A stretch of DNA of 62,884 nucleotides, filler included. It is 9 parts of 9 records of this genome, joined end to end, with 100 filler letters (N's around TTAATTAATTAA, not from the genome) between each part and the next. Parts side by side here need not be neighbours in the genome. Positions count along the whole stretch, not along the records: positions 50,751 to 55,960 come from SRR31147125_47136; positions 56,061 to 62,884 come from SRR31147125_47138; 7 more parts are not named here. The stretch is one strand, 5' to 3'. Each line of letters opens with the position of its first letter. The stretch's first letter is position 1. Below, piece after piece: positions 52,279-62,884 of this stretch. The position numbers and the translations under genes were made by a program. The notes under the pieces are model-generated. The model did not search any database and had not been told where the DNA came from. It worked only from the letters and a program-made list of their open reading frames with translations.

Positions 52279-54470
52279 TCACGCCTCGCCCACTATAGCA
52301 GAAACCACCGCCGCCGGATCAATCCACAATGGGCAATCAAGGGCCATACTTTCCACAGCCATAATTGTTGCCAATGCTGTTCGTATCTGGCTTTCATAAT
52401 TCAGGCAGGGGACCCCTTCATGCAAACCATTAATCCATGCATATAGCATGGCCTCCTGTCCTTTATCCTGACCACGTATCTTATGTTTGCTGGTTTTGCT
52501 GTCACTTTTAAAAAATCTAACTTCTTTAAAATCATCAAGAATAGCTGAACGCCCCCCCAAAAACTTCTACATACTCTTTTGCCATGGCTTTTGAGCCATC
52601 GGCTGTGTAAACGATATTTGCTATACTACCGTTCTCCATCGACAGATTAATACTCACATTGTCATTGAGCACAGCAGACTTATTCTGTTTTCTGCTGCCA
52701 GAGGTATACACCTTGACAGGCAGGGAGCCAGTCAGTGCCGAGGCCAAATCAATAAAATGGCAGCCTTCGCCTATAATACGTCCGCCCCCAACTATCGGAT
52801 CCTGAATCCAATGATCATCAGGTATAAACCCGGCATTGATGCGAATATTGACCACCAGAGGACCTTTAACACCAGAGAAATAATTTACAACCTCCCTTGT
52901 AAGCGGAGCAAAGCGACGATTGTAGCCGGTCATAAGCTGAGCGCCATGACTTTGTTGCCAAGCATTATGAATTTTTTTAATTCATCCACGGTAAGTGCAA
53001 GAGGCTTCTCAACATACACATCTTTATTGGCTTTTATAGCAGCAGAAACTGAGCATGCATGTGTATCATGACGTGTTGCAATCATGACAACATCTGTATC
53101 GTCGGTAAGCAACTCATTGAAGGTATCTGCACAAAAGGAAAAACCAAATTGTTTGGCCACTGCCTGAGCAGTCCTGCCACTTGCAGTAACCAGTCCCCGG
53201 AATTCAATTTTGGAGAGGTTTTTCAGGGCGGGAAGCAGAATAGCCGTGGCATAATTTCCAGCGCCATAAAAAGATATTCCAAGTTTTTGACGGTCGACCT
53301 CCCCCGGTGTTATTTCAATTCGCCCGATCAGAGTCTTTAAATCTGTTTTGCTATCATTGAACTTTAAAATAATTCCAAGGTATGGCTCTTCTTTTTGCCT
53401 TCAATAAGGGCATATGCCTCCGGAGCCTGGTCAATTGTAAAACGATGGGTGATCAAACTATTAATATCAAGCTTGCCTTGTGCAACTAGAGCAAGAAAAC
53501 TCTCCATATTTCGTTGTTCTGTGAAGCGTACATAGCCAATAGGATAATCATTTCCACCCTCTTCATAGAATGGATCATACCTCCCAGGACCATAAGATCG
53601 GGAAATTACAACGCTGATTTCTTTTTTGAAATAAGGCTCTCTTGGGATATCCATTCTCACTGCGCCAACAACCACTACACGTCCTTTTATGCGGGAAACT
53701 TCCGCGCATAATTCAATTGGACCATTACTATTGGTTCCTGCGCAAACGATCACACCGTCGACTCCATGGCCACTGGTCAAATCTTCACATACCTTGGCAG
53801 CATCATCGGAGGAACGAATACCAATAGCGCCAAATTTTTTTGCCAATTCGACAAGATTGTTATCGAGATCAGTGCCTATCACCCGACATCCATTTGCCCT
53901 CAACAACTGGACCGTAAGTTGCCCGATTAAGCCAAGGCCCAACACCATAAATGTCTCTCCGAGTAGAGGCTGAGCCAAACGCAATCCCTGCATTGCAATA
54001 GCACCAATAGTTGCAAAAGCACTTTCTTCATGGTTGATTCCGTCCGGCACCTTAACAACTAGGTTACGAGGCACGGCAACAAACTCGGCATGATTGGCAT
54101 ACCCAGCACCACCACAGGCCACATTATCACCGGGTGAAATCCCTTCGACTAATCCGCCAACAGCAATTACCCTTCCCGCGCTGCTGTAACCAAGCGGACT
54201 AGGAGAATCGAGCCTTGTCTTAACAGTCTGCCAGGTTTTTGCAAAACCTTCAATTTGAACTTTTTTAAGAACCTGTTTAACAAGGTCTGGGCGGGCTTTG
54301 GCCTTTTGTATTAGGCTTTTTTTGCCCATATCAATTTTTGTCTTCTCGGTACCAGCGCTGATGATCGAAGCAATGTTCCTGACAAGAACTACTTTATCGG
54401 TCAAAGCAGGGAGAGGTACATCGTTAACATCAATGATACCGGTTTTTAAAGTCTGTATGACTTGTTTCAT
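52279..54470 (-). CDS. bi-domain oxidoreductase (Zn-type ADH plus Gfo/Idh/MocA); several frameshifts
   Basis: ISAGTE, LGYSSAG, GLGLIG, SRSYGPGRYD; then VEKPLA, GYNRRFAP, GGGRIIGEGCHFID in successive frames. Confidence 0.85.
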
Positions 54471-54499
54471 TTCTTATTCCTAAATAAATAACTATATCT

Positions 54500-55010
54500 T
54501 TAATTCCGCCATTTAATAATCTTTGCCGGCACACCAGCAACGATACTAAATGCAGGCACATTTTTTGTTACAACGCTTCCTGCCGCAACAACGGCCCCTT
54601 CGCCAATTGTTATTCCAGGTAGAATAATAGAATTACCCCCAATCCAAACATCATTTTCGATAGTAACTTTTTCTTGTGTGTGCTTGGCTGATATAATTTT
54701 CTTTTCTCATGGGTATAGTGTGATTTTGTGATAGAATTTGTGTTCGATAACCGATCAACACTCTATCGCCAATATTAACATCCCCATTTGTAGTAATTAT
54801 CACACCGAAAGCTATATCGACATCGTCCCCTATGGTTAATCCTTTACCTGGAAATATCCAAACACCTGGATAAATGGTAGTTCTTTTTCCAATTCTTGCG
54901 CCTACTATTCTTAAACAACCTGCTTTTAATTCACTAAAGAATAGAACCCTTGGCAAGTTAAATATAGTACATAAAAGCAATTCATAAATGGCAACTATAA
55001 TCTTTTTCAT
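54500..55010 (-). CDS. hexapeptide-repeat acyltransferase; frameshift near 54670
   Basis: IGDDVDI repeats; second frame [11 protein letters not shown]...[23 protein letters not shown]. Confidence 0.85.
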
Positions 55011-55041
55011 ATCAATTAATTTAGTTAAAGTAGTGAGCTAC

Positions 55042-55960
55042 TCATTTTTTCCCCAAATTATATGCTTGGACAATTGAGTTTAAGTACTGTATTGCTTTGT
55101 TTTCTGGAGTTGGGTATTCGGAAAGAATTTTTTTCCCGTTTATAACAAGGTTTTTTTTTATTCTTTTTGATCTTACAATTTCAATGATTTTTTTGGAAGA
55201 ATTATCTATATCATTAAGTTCCAAATAATAAGCTGCATCTTTACATGAATCAACAGACCAATCAGATTTTGTAACAAGTAATGGTTTTTCCATTGCCCAA
55301 GCTTCAACGAAATTATTACTAAAACTTTCTAATCTACTAAATGTACACATGAATTCGCATAGATTTATTACAGTAGAAACATCGCCAGTATTAATCGGTC
55401 CAATATTTATAAAATGTTTATAAACATTCATTTGTTTAGCTTTATTTATTAGTTTCCTTAAATAATTATTTGAATTGGCCGTTAAAACAAATCTAAATTC
55501 ATGAAATCCTTTCTGCTTTAATTTGCACGCGATTTTCGGTAAAATATGTAATCTTTTATTCGGATGAGCTCCGCATAAAAATAAGAAGCAATTATTAATA
55601 TCTTTTAAAAAATTGTATTTAGTATTACTTTTGACAAACTTATTTCCAATTAATTTACTGCGAGCCATTTTTATAACGCGGCATCGCTTTGATGGAAATC
55701 CAAACTCTGATACCGCTTTTTCCATTAATAAGTTTGTTTCAAAGATCCAAAAATCCAATTTTGTATATCTATATATCCGATATCTATCTTTAATTTTTTT
55801 TAATAATTTAAAAAAAGGATTTAAATTTTTCCAAAAATCTATATCAGGATAAAAGACATTTGAAATTGCCATACCTCCGATATTTAATGTATAATCAGAC
55901 GCGGTCAACATAGGAGGTCCAAATATTGAGAAGACAATACCATTTTTACACAAATGCTTT
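55042..55960 (-). CDS. GT4 glycosyltransferase, 5'-truncated
   Basis: HPNKRL, SRLESFSNNFVEAWAMEKP. Confidence 0.8.
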
Positions 55961-56060
55961 NNNNNNNNNNNNNNNNNNNNNNNNNNNNNNNNNNNNNNNN
56001 NNNNTTAATTAATTAANNNNNNNNNNNNNNNNNNNNNNNNNNNNNNNNNNNNNNNNNNNN
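55961..56060. other. artificial contig linker
   Basis: N run with TTAATTAATTAA. Confidence 0.98.
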
Positions 56061-56120
56061 CTGACCGCTAGACGATGGGGCCAAAAAACTGGTCTTATAT
56101 ATTTGAATTCTGATGTGATG

Positions 56121-57035
56121 TCAATAAAAAAATAACTGGTTGCCAATAATAGATAGAATAAAAATAAATAGCGAACTATTAAGAATAATATAATTGAATC
56201 GGTATGGGCACTCTTTTCGGAAAAAGAGGGTGGTTATAAAATAGAGTACCGTGCCGGTTGAAAGTAGTATTATTACCCATTGGGTCGATTGCCTTATCGA
56301 ATATATCCAAATTGAGCCTATCATCATAAGGATGGCGAATAAAAAAATCCAAATAAACAAGATTTGTTCGAGTTGACTGGGGGGAAACAGTTTCAACATT
56401 GAAGGAAACAAGCTTTCACGATAATCTGGTGCTTGTTTGAGAAGAATTAGCCAGAAATGAGGGAGTTGCCAAACTCCGATGACACATATAAAAGGAAGTA
56501 TTGGATTTAAAAAAAGGGATTTCTCATTTTCTGAAATGAACGCATTGACAAATGGTCCACCCGCCGCACACCATCCCATGATTGAAGGCATCATACCGCA
56601 TAGGGCTCCGGGAATGATCGCAAGTATTGTTTTGGGTTTGAGTGGCGTATATAGAGCATTGTATAACAGAATCCCCATGAAGCCCCAGAAGATCGTTTCC
56701 AGAGAGTTTCGAGTGAAATACAAGCCAACCAATCCTACAACGATGGATGAGACGGATTGAATTAAAACGGTCTTGGGAGATATGACTCCCATGGGAAGTG
56801 GGCGTTTGGCGGTTCTTTTTAAATATTTGTCGCTGATTCTTTCTTGGAAATTATTGAGGGCGCCGCTTCCGGAGCAGAGTAAAAGGGTCGAACCGGTTGT
56901 TAGCCAAAATCTATCATCGATTTTAGGAAAAAAAGAAGATATCCTGCTGCGCTTGATAGCGTAAGCCCGAGTGAAATATGGAGTTTGGCAACATGTAAGT
57001 GGACCAGTATTGATTTAAAAATTGTGCCTTGAATA
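56121..57035 (-). CDS. ctaB: protoheme IX farnesyltransferase; frameshift near 56930; start approximate
   Basis: ALNNFQERISDKYLKRTAKRPLP, YNALYTPLK, WQLPHFW. Confidence 0.8.
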
Positions 57036-57038
57036 TGA

Positions 57039-57621
57039 TTATTCTTCAGTGTTCAACCACTCCTCATACGCTTCGGATGACACAACACGAAGTACGGCAG
57101 TCATATCGGCATGACCAATCCCGCAGAATTCGGTACACTGGATAAAATAGCGTCCGATTTTCTCGGGATAGAACCAAGCATAGGTGTGAACGCCGGGAAC
57201 AGCGTCCACCTTTATTCTGAATGCCGGAATAAATAGTCCGTGGATGACGTCATCGGAGGTGATATTGAGACGGATAGGACGTCCCATTGGAACCACCAGC
57301 TCACTGTCTGTCTCTTTCTCATTGGGATAGATAAATATCCAAGAGTACATTTGGGCAATGGTTTCAATTTCTAAGGCCCGCATAGGATGACCACCCAATC
57401 CAGAACATACTCAATGCAATGAGGGTCGGGATGACCGTCCAGACCACCTCCAGCTTCCAGTTTCCTCGAATGTCGGCAGGGACGGGATGTTTACTTCTAC
57501 GATATTTAATCGTAAACCAGATCATGGTCAGGGTGATCAGCGTCAGTAGAATCAAAGATATTCCAATAATATAAATGAATGCCGCATCAACGTGTTCAAC
57601 AGGACTCATTATGTCACTCAT
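57039..57621 (-). CDS. coxB: cytochrome c oxidase subunit II, disrupted near 57370
   Basis: Two TM helices, LEVVWTVIP, DVIHG, CTEFCGIGHADM CuA site; no fused cytochrome c. Confidence 0.88.
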
Positions 57622-57652
57622 ATGGACGGACTCCGTTTTTTATTCAAAAAAG

Positions 57653-57940
57653 TTATCGGAAAGCGATATCCCAAAATAAAAATCCGATCAATATGGCCAA
57701 AAATCCGATGGTGACAAGAAAAGAGCTCTTGATTAAAATCGGTTCATATTTCAAGTGCATGAAATAGAGTAAAACAAAAGAGGCTTTAATAGACGCAATA
57801 ATGAGTGCCATCCAGATGTTGAGTACACCCAGATCGAGCCGCGATACCAATACGGTTACGATGGTTAAGCCCAATAATATCAACAAAATTTTAAAAAGTT
57901 GACCATAGGATTGTATATGCATTTCATTGTTTTCTTTCAA
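57653..57940 (-). CDS. coxD: cytochrome c oxidase subunit IV
   Basis: Three TM helices, KASFVLLYFMHLKYE. Confidence 0.85.
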   Translation of the reverse strand: MKENNEMHIQSYGQLFKILLILLGLTIVTVLVSRLDLGVLNIWMALIIASIKASFVLLYFMHLKYEPILIKSSFLVTIGFLAILIGFLFWDIAFR

Positions 57941-58060
57941 TGGCGTCTCTCCTAAGTACGAATAAATGAAAGATCGGGCAAAGGAAGTTGAGTTTTTTAT
58001 CAGTCGCCGGTTCAGATGAGTGACTAAGAGTGTAATCGGTTGGTTTACCCCACGCTTGTA

Positions 58061-58696
58061 TCATAGAAGCAGATAAAACAGGGGGAAAATAAAAATCCAG
58101 ATCAAATCGACAAGGTGCCAGTAAAGTCCGCTGTTCTCAAGGAAAACATATTTTTTTGAATGGATGTTGCCTGTCATGATCAACCCCATGGTGATCAACA
58201 AGACAACCATACCAATGATGATATGAATGCCGTGAAGGCCTGTGATGGTGTAATATAGGTTGAAAAACAAAACTCTTCCGTGGGCACTCTCTTCCAGAAT
58301 CGGCGAATTGGGGTAAATACCCAGCTCAAATTTATGGCCCCACTCAAAATATTTGTTGATCAGGAAAATCGCTCCCACCAAAACGGCAAAACCAAGCAAT
58401 GCAAGCGCTTTTATTTTACTCTCCCTTTGGATTGCCGTAATCGATGCCGCCACCGTGAAGCTGCTCATCAGTAGAATTACCGTATTCGCGGCCCCCATCA
58501 TCATATTCAGCTCTTTTCCGGATCCCACAAAATCCGCCGTATGCATTCGGTAGTATGCCGCATACAGAACAAATAAACCGCCGAACAGCATGATTTCGGT
58601 GTAGAGAAAGAGCCACATGCCGATTCTTGCACCGCTGGGATCTTTTGAAGCAGAGCCCTGATGTCCGATAGCCGGAGTGTGGGAGAGTTTTTTCAT
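58061..58696 (-). CDS. coxC: cytochrome c oxidase subunit III
   Basis: GMWLFLYTEIMLFGGLF, TGLHGIH, GLYWHLVDLIW. Confidence 0.92.
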   Translation of the reverse strand: MKKLSHTPAIGHQGSASKDPSGARIGMWLFLYTEIMLFGGLFVLYAAYYRMHTADFVGSGKELNMMMGAANTVILLMSSFTVAASITAIQRESKIKALALLGFAVLVGAIFLINKYFEWGHKFELGIYPNSPILEESAHGRVLFFNLYYTITGLHGIHIIIGMVVLLITMGLIMTGNIHSKKYVFLENSGLYWHLVDLIWIFIFPLFYLLL

Positions 58697-60357
58697 GATA
58701 CACCTCCCTTGTTGTGCGTTTCTTTGACTCCTTCTCGATCAATCACTTTGGAAAAATCGTAAGGGTATGTCTCAATGGTGGGCACATGGACAAAGTTATT
58801 GAGGGGTGGCGGAGAGGGAACCTGCCATTCCAGTGTGGTGCCGCCCCAAGGATCGGACGGTGCGGATTTGCCGTTTTTAAAACTGATCAGTAAGTTGATC
58901 AGCATCAAAAATATACCTGCCACCAAAATAAAGGCGCCGAATCCGGCAAAATAGTTACCGGTCTCAAACTCAGGGAGATAATCGTAATAGCGTCTCGGCA
59001 TCCCTTGGATGCCCAATACAAACATGGGAACATAATGAAGCATGAATCCCACAGTGGTCAATATGGCGGATATATATGCAACTTTAAAATTATAGAGCTT
59101 TCCAAATACCTTGGGCCACCAAAAATGGAGGGCGGCGAAAAACGCAAATCCCGTCCCACCGAACATCACAAAATGAAAGTGGGCTACGACAAAATGGGTG
59201 TCATGAACTTGAATGTTGGTCCCGGCAGCGCCCAACACCAACCCGGTCAATCCGCCCACGGAAAAAAGATAGATGAAGCAAAGGGCGAAAAAAAGCGGCG
59301 GTGTCATTAATATGGAGCCTTTATACATGGTGGAGACCCATGAAAAAACTTTGATGGCACTGGGAATGGCGACGATAAAGGTAAGAAATGAAAAGACAAA
59401 TACCGCCACATCACTCATTCCGCTGGTGAACATGTGATGTGCCCATACTAGGGATCCGGCAATGGCGATGCCCATACTGGATGCAACGATGGCTTTATAC
59501 CCGAAAATCGATTTTCTAGAAAATACCGGAATGATTTCAGATATCACCCCCATTCCCGGTAAAATCATGATATAAACCGCTGGATGGGAGTACATCCAAA
59601 ATAGATGCTGATACAAGATCGGATCCCCTCCCTTTGCCGGATCGAATAGCCCGCCGCCGAACACCCGCTCCACTATGACCAACAAAAGGGTGATGGAGAG
59701 AACCGGCGTGGCAAGCAGTTGAACCCATGCCGTGGCGTACAGGGTCCATGTAAACAGAGGAATTTGAGTCCATTTCATTCCCGGCATTCGCATCCGATGG
59801 ACCGTGGTGATAAAGTTGAGTCCGGTCAGCATGGAGGACATTCCAAGGATAAATGCTGCAGTTACGGTCAACCCCACATTGGTCTCTGTGGATACGCTAA
59901 AAGGGACATAAAAGGTCCATCCCGTATCCGGCGGTCCTTCGGCAAATAGAGATAAAATGGCTAAAAAGCCGCCGAGCATATAGAGATACCATGAGAGAAG
60001 GTTCAGCTTGGGAAAGAAAACATCGTCGGTACCCAGTTGGATGGGAAGTAAGAAATTTCCAAAAATGGCAGGAATCGCCGGGATGACAAAGAGAAAGATC
60101 ATAATCACCCCGTGCAGCGTAAACACGGCATTGTAAGTTTCCGCTTCCATGATGGTGACACCGCCGGCCATCAGTTCCGTCCGAATGGCCAGCCCCAGGA
60201 TAATGGCTATGATGAACCAGACCATCACAGCCGCCATGTACATCAAGCCAATACGCTTATGATCGATGGTCAAAAGCCAAGCCCCCAATCCCGTAAATCG
60301 TGCCGGTGAAGGGGTTTGATAAAATGATTTCGTGGTTTCCAGAGCCCTTTCCTCCAA
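58693..60357 (-). CDS. coxA: cytochrome c oxidase subunit I, A2 type
   Basis: DHKRIG, TLHG, GWTFY, YSHPAVY, WAHHM, AHFH, GMPRRY. Confidence 0.95.
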   Translation of the reverse strand: MEERALETTKSFYQTPSPARFTGLGAWLLTIDHKRIGLMYMAAVMVWFIIAIILGLAIRTELMAGGVTIMEAETYNAVFTLHGVIMIFLFVIPAIPAIFGNFLLPIQLGTDDVFFPKLNLLSWYLYMLGGFLAILSLFAEGPPDTGWTFYVPFSVSTETNVGLTVTAAFILGMSSMLTGLNFITTVHRMRMPGMKWTQIPLFTWTLYATAWVQLLATPVLSITLLLVIVERVFGGGLFDPAKGGDPILYQHLFWMYSHPAVYIMILPGMGVISEIIPVFSRKSIFGYKAIVASSMGIAIAGSLVWAHHMFTSGMSDVAVFVFSFLTFIVAIPSAIKVFSWVSTMYKGSILMTPPLFFALCFIYLFSVGGLTGLVLGAAGTNIQVHDTHFVVAHFHFVMFGGTGFAFFAALHFWWPKVFGKLYNFKVAYISAILTTVGFMLHYVPMFVLGIQGMPRRYYDYLPEFETGNYFAGFGAFILVAGIFLMLINLLISFKNGKSAPSDPWGGTTLEWQVPSPPPLNNFVHVPTIETYPYDFSKVIDREGVKETHNKGGVS

Positions 60358-60386
60358 AATGATAAAGTGATCAGATGACAGGCTGA

Positions 60387-61337
60387 TTACCGGGTATATC
60401 TATTTTTTGAGTTTCCCTTTTTCAACAAGAAGAAGAAAAATCCTCCCAATCCCATAAGTAAAATTACCCCAAAAACACGAAACGACTTAAAGACATACGT
60501 TTTTCCTTTGGGATCGTAATCAAAGCAGTAAGTCAGTAATTTTTTGATGGAAATGGATGGGGTTCCCCGACTTGCTTCAGTGATGGCCATACTCACATCA
60601 AAGGGAAGATACTCCACGCCATAAAGATAGCGAATTATGACACCATCCTCCCCCAATGCGATCAATACATTGGGGTGAACAAAATTATGCTGCTCCAAAC
60701 GCTTGAACTTATATCCGGCACTGGATGTCAACGCATGGATCGAAGGGATGGTGCCGGTCAGATAGAACCATTGGTCCTTGGGGAAATCCTTTGACACGAG
60801 ATTCATGTAGTTGGCTTTGGTGTCCGATGCAATGGTGGGCGTATCTTCGTGATCAAAGCTGACGGTGATGATACGGTATTCTTCGCCGGGATTGAAGGTA
60901 ACCGACTTCAAAATAGACGCCAAATTGGCCATCATCATGTTACACGCCCCCGGACAATGATAAAAGACCAGTTGCAACAGAACCGGGCGATCAACGAGTT
61001 CTCCGAGCGTCACTTCATGACCATGCTCATCATTAAAAGTTAAATCCAGTTGGATTTTTTCTCCTAATTTCTCATCAACCCCTACAGTGGAGAATAGATG
61101 GTTTGCTTTTTCATCATCACTCATCGTTACATGGACATGTTTATGTTCGTGCTGTTTGTCCATGTTCATATCCATCTCAGCGTTCATGGGGTGCTGATGA
61201 TCACCGGAGTGGGATTCTTCTCCTAAGCAGGGGGCTATAAAAACAGCAAGTAATCCCCACAGCAAGCAGATGATTAAAAGAAGTACTTGCCGTAATTTTT
61301 TTTGGTGATAGTGTGTCACTCCGTTAATGAAATACAT
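60387..61337 (-). CDS. SCO family copper chaperone with His/Met-rich N-terminus
   Basis: FYHCPGAC, FVHP; HSGDHQHPMNAEMDMNMDKQHEHKHVH. Confidence 0.88.
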   Translation of the reverse strand: MYFINGVTHYHQKKLRQVLLLIICLLWGLLAVFIAPCLGEESHSGDHQHPMNAEMDMNMDKQHEHKHVHVTMSDDEKANHLFSTVGVDEKLGEKIQLDLTFNDEHGHEVTLGELVDRPVLLQLVFYHCPGACNMMMANLASILKSVTFNPGEEYRIITVSFDHEDTPTIASDTKANYMNLVSKDFPKDQWFYLTGTIPSIHALTSSAGYKFKRLEQHNFVHPNVLIALGEDGVIIRYLYGVEYLPFDVSMAITEASRGTPSISIKKLLTYCFDYDPKGKTYVFKSFRVFGVILLMGLGGFFFFLLKKGNSKNRYTR

Positions 61338-61422
61338 CGATATTGTTCTCCATTTGAGTGAGTGGATTGTTGGCCAAGCAGACTCGTCATAGAGAGCGAC
61401 AAGACAAGAATGGAATTATGGA

Positions 61423-61785
61423 TTATTTGATTTTCTTGAATTTTCCGCTGTTCAAATTCACTTCTAGCACGGTTCTGAATTTATGACGGGTTTTGAAACT
61501 GTCCCGACCTGAACTGTAAGCTAAAAGTACCGTCGTTTCTTCCTTCGGTGAAATGACAGTATCATTTTCATCGCCGGAGTTAAGCGGGATTGAAAAGTGT
61601 ATGGTTGTGGTGCCGTTTTCTTCACTTCCGGAAATATTGGAGGCATTATTCTTTCCTCCCAGTTTTTCATCGGACTTATGAATGGATTTAAAATTTCTCC
61701 CGGAGGATATGATGATTGGAAAATGCTATGGATAGACGACCTGCGGCAATGACCGATATCGGCAACTTTTTAGACGTTTAGCCAT
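61423..61785 (-). pseudogene. DOMON-domain gene with internal deletion (not in ORF track)
   Basis: HKSDEKLGG...GSEENGTTTIHFSIPLNSGD...VLLAY...RDSFKTRH is the C-terminal half; the N-terminal half is absent and an in-frame TAG follows the ATG. Confidence 0.65.
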
Positions 61786-62205
61786 ATTGAAGCTCTCCAC
61801 CCGTAAATCCCAACCCGGTAGCAAACGCCAAACAAACGGCATAAGCGATTAATATTTTAAGATCATTGTCTCGTTGTTCATCCCTTGAAAGTTTAATGGC
61901 GAATAAAAAAGCCACGGTCAACGCAACAGCAAGGATCATCTTTATTACAATTAAGCTGCTCCACTCCCCGCCAAAACGGTACTGCCAATCGGTAAACCCG
62001 AATAAGACCGTCGGGAAAATGCCGACAAAGCCAAAAGATACGCAGTAATAAGCGGTTTGAAGAAACTCTTTTTTTCAAAAAAATAAAAAATCAGGGCAAA
62101 GACAAATCCACCCATTGCCATTCCCATGGGAATATGCGTCATTGCAGGGTGGAGGGGATGTGCAAAACCAACGGCTTCCAGTAAATGGTACATTGAATCG
62201 ATCAT
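61778..62205 (-). CDS. DUF2231-like membrane protein; frameshift in T/A runs near 62075
   Basis: HPLHPAMTHIPMG; corrected frame gives GFTDWQYRFGG...IKMILA...LGFTGGELQYG. Confidence 0.7.
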
Positions 62206-62471
62206 AAACTCACCTCATGAATAAAAGTTGAAAGGTTACAATCGGGTACAGAGTCGTTTTTTAGGTCAGCCCGATTATGAAGAACGGACTTTGGGGAAGT
62301 TTCAGATATGAATAGGTGTTTTTCTGCGTTCAATAAAAGTAAGTGCAAAAAGGAAAATATTCAAGCTATTTTGCAAAAACGCCAATCAAAGAAGAGAAAT
62401 ATTCGACTTCTTTTTGGATGAAAAATTCTGAGATATGGAAGAGTTCGTGTTTTTTCAGCGTTTTGATTGCT

Positions 62472-62884
62472 CTAGTTTTTTTTGTAAAAAACGAAAAAAA
62501 AGAGATGGAATGAAAATATCATAAATAATGCATCCCGTGCCACAGTCCAAAGATCTGCCGAGGACTCACCGGAAGATGTTGAGAAGCATCCGCAGCTGAT
62601 ATCGAGCCCTCTGTAGATATTGAATCCAAGGGCACCGATAAAAATGATCAGCAAAAGATTGACGAGCAGGACGGTTCCGGGCAACATCATACCGAAAATG
62701 AGGAAAACTCCCAATATGAGTTCCAACCAAGGGAGAATTAAAGCACAGAGGTTGACAAGAAAGTCGGGTAAAATTTGATAATTATAAACAGCTTTGGCAA
62801 ATTGAGCCGGATGGATGATTTTGTCGCAAGCCGCGTAAATAAACACGACACCCAATATCCATCGGGAAGCCAGTATCAAGGGGG
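62472..62884 (-). CDS. DoxX/MauE family membrane protein, 5'-truncated
   Basis: RWILGVVFIYA..DKI, LPWLE, RGLDISCGCF. Confidence 0.85.
   Translation of the reverse strand, partial: PLILASRWILGVVFIYAACDKIIHPAQFAKAVYNYQILPDFLVNLCALILPWLELILGVFLIFGMMLPGTVLLVNLLLIIFIGALGFNIYRGLDISCGCFSTSSGESSADLWTVARDALFMIFSFHLFFFVFYKKN

Noticed and set aside
6291-56060. Eight identical TTAATTAATTAA motifs in N runs as a biological repeat or CRISPR
   Set aside because: Fixed 100-bp artificial linkers; ORFs that run into them are artefacts.

Overview
The window is not one locus. It is nine unrelated contigs joined by 100-bp N/TTAATTAATTAA/N linkers, so synteny across linkers has no meaning. Taxonomy below is inferred from gene style only. 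(1) 1-6290, Bacteroidota-like: a tightly coupled six-gene Cys-rich operon encoding two paralogous secreted proteins, a DUF318/ArsP-like permease, a NapH/YccM-type membrane 4Fe-4S protein, an outer-membrane barrel and a Tat/lipoprotein polyferredoxin with ten cluster motifs. This is the best candidate for an undescribed system. (2) 6391-12519: hemC, a C-terminally short hemA, a zincin, serB, an adenylate-kinase-like gene, a lipoprotein and several REPIN-like palindromes. (3) 12620-23341, Clostridia-like: ABC exporter, a structured leader, a stand-alone condensation domain, a PlsC-type acyltransferase and an OmpR-family two-component system with tandem boxes. (4) 23442-30428: methyltransferase, esterase, amidohydrolase and a DUF4091/GH123-like secreted protein. 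(5) 30529-36369, Clostridia-like: hisD-B-H-A-F-IE, an AprX-like protease and an RsfA-like regulator. (6) 36470-43827: class I adenylate cyclase fused to helical and pentapeptide repeats, and a large TPR-like protein. (7) 43928-50650: TonB-dependent receptor, AraC regulator and a hybrid kinase. (8) 50751-55960: surface polysaccharide genes. (9) 56061-62884: an A2-type cytochrome c oxidase cluster with SCO, DUF2231, a deleted DOMON gene and DoxX. Many genes in contigs 3, 4 and 6-9 are split by 1-nt indels, mostly in homopolymers and probably sequencing errors. All calls come from reading motifs; no searches were run.
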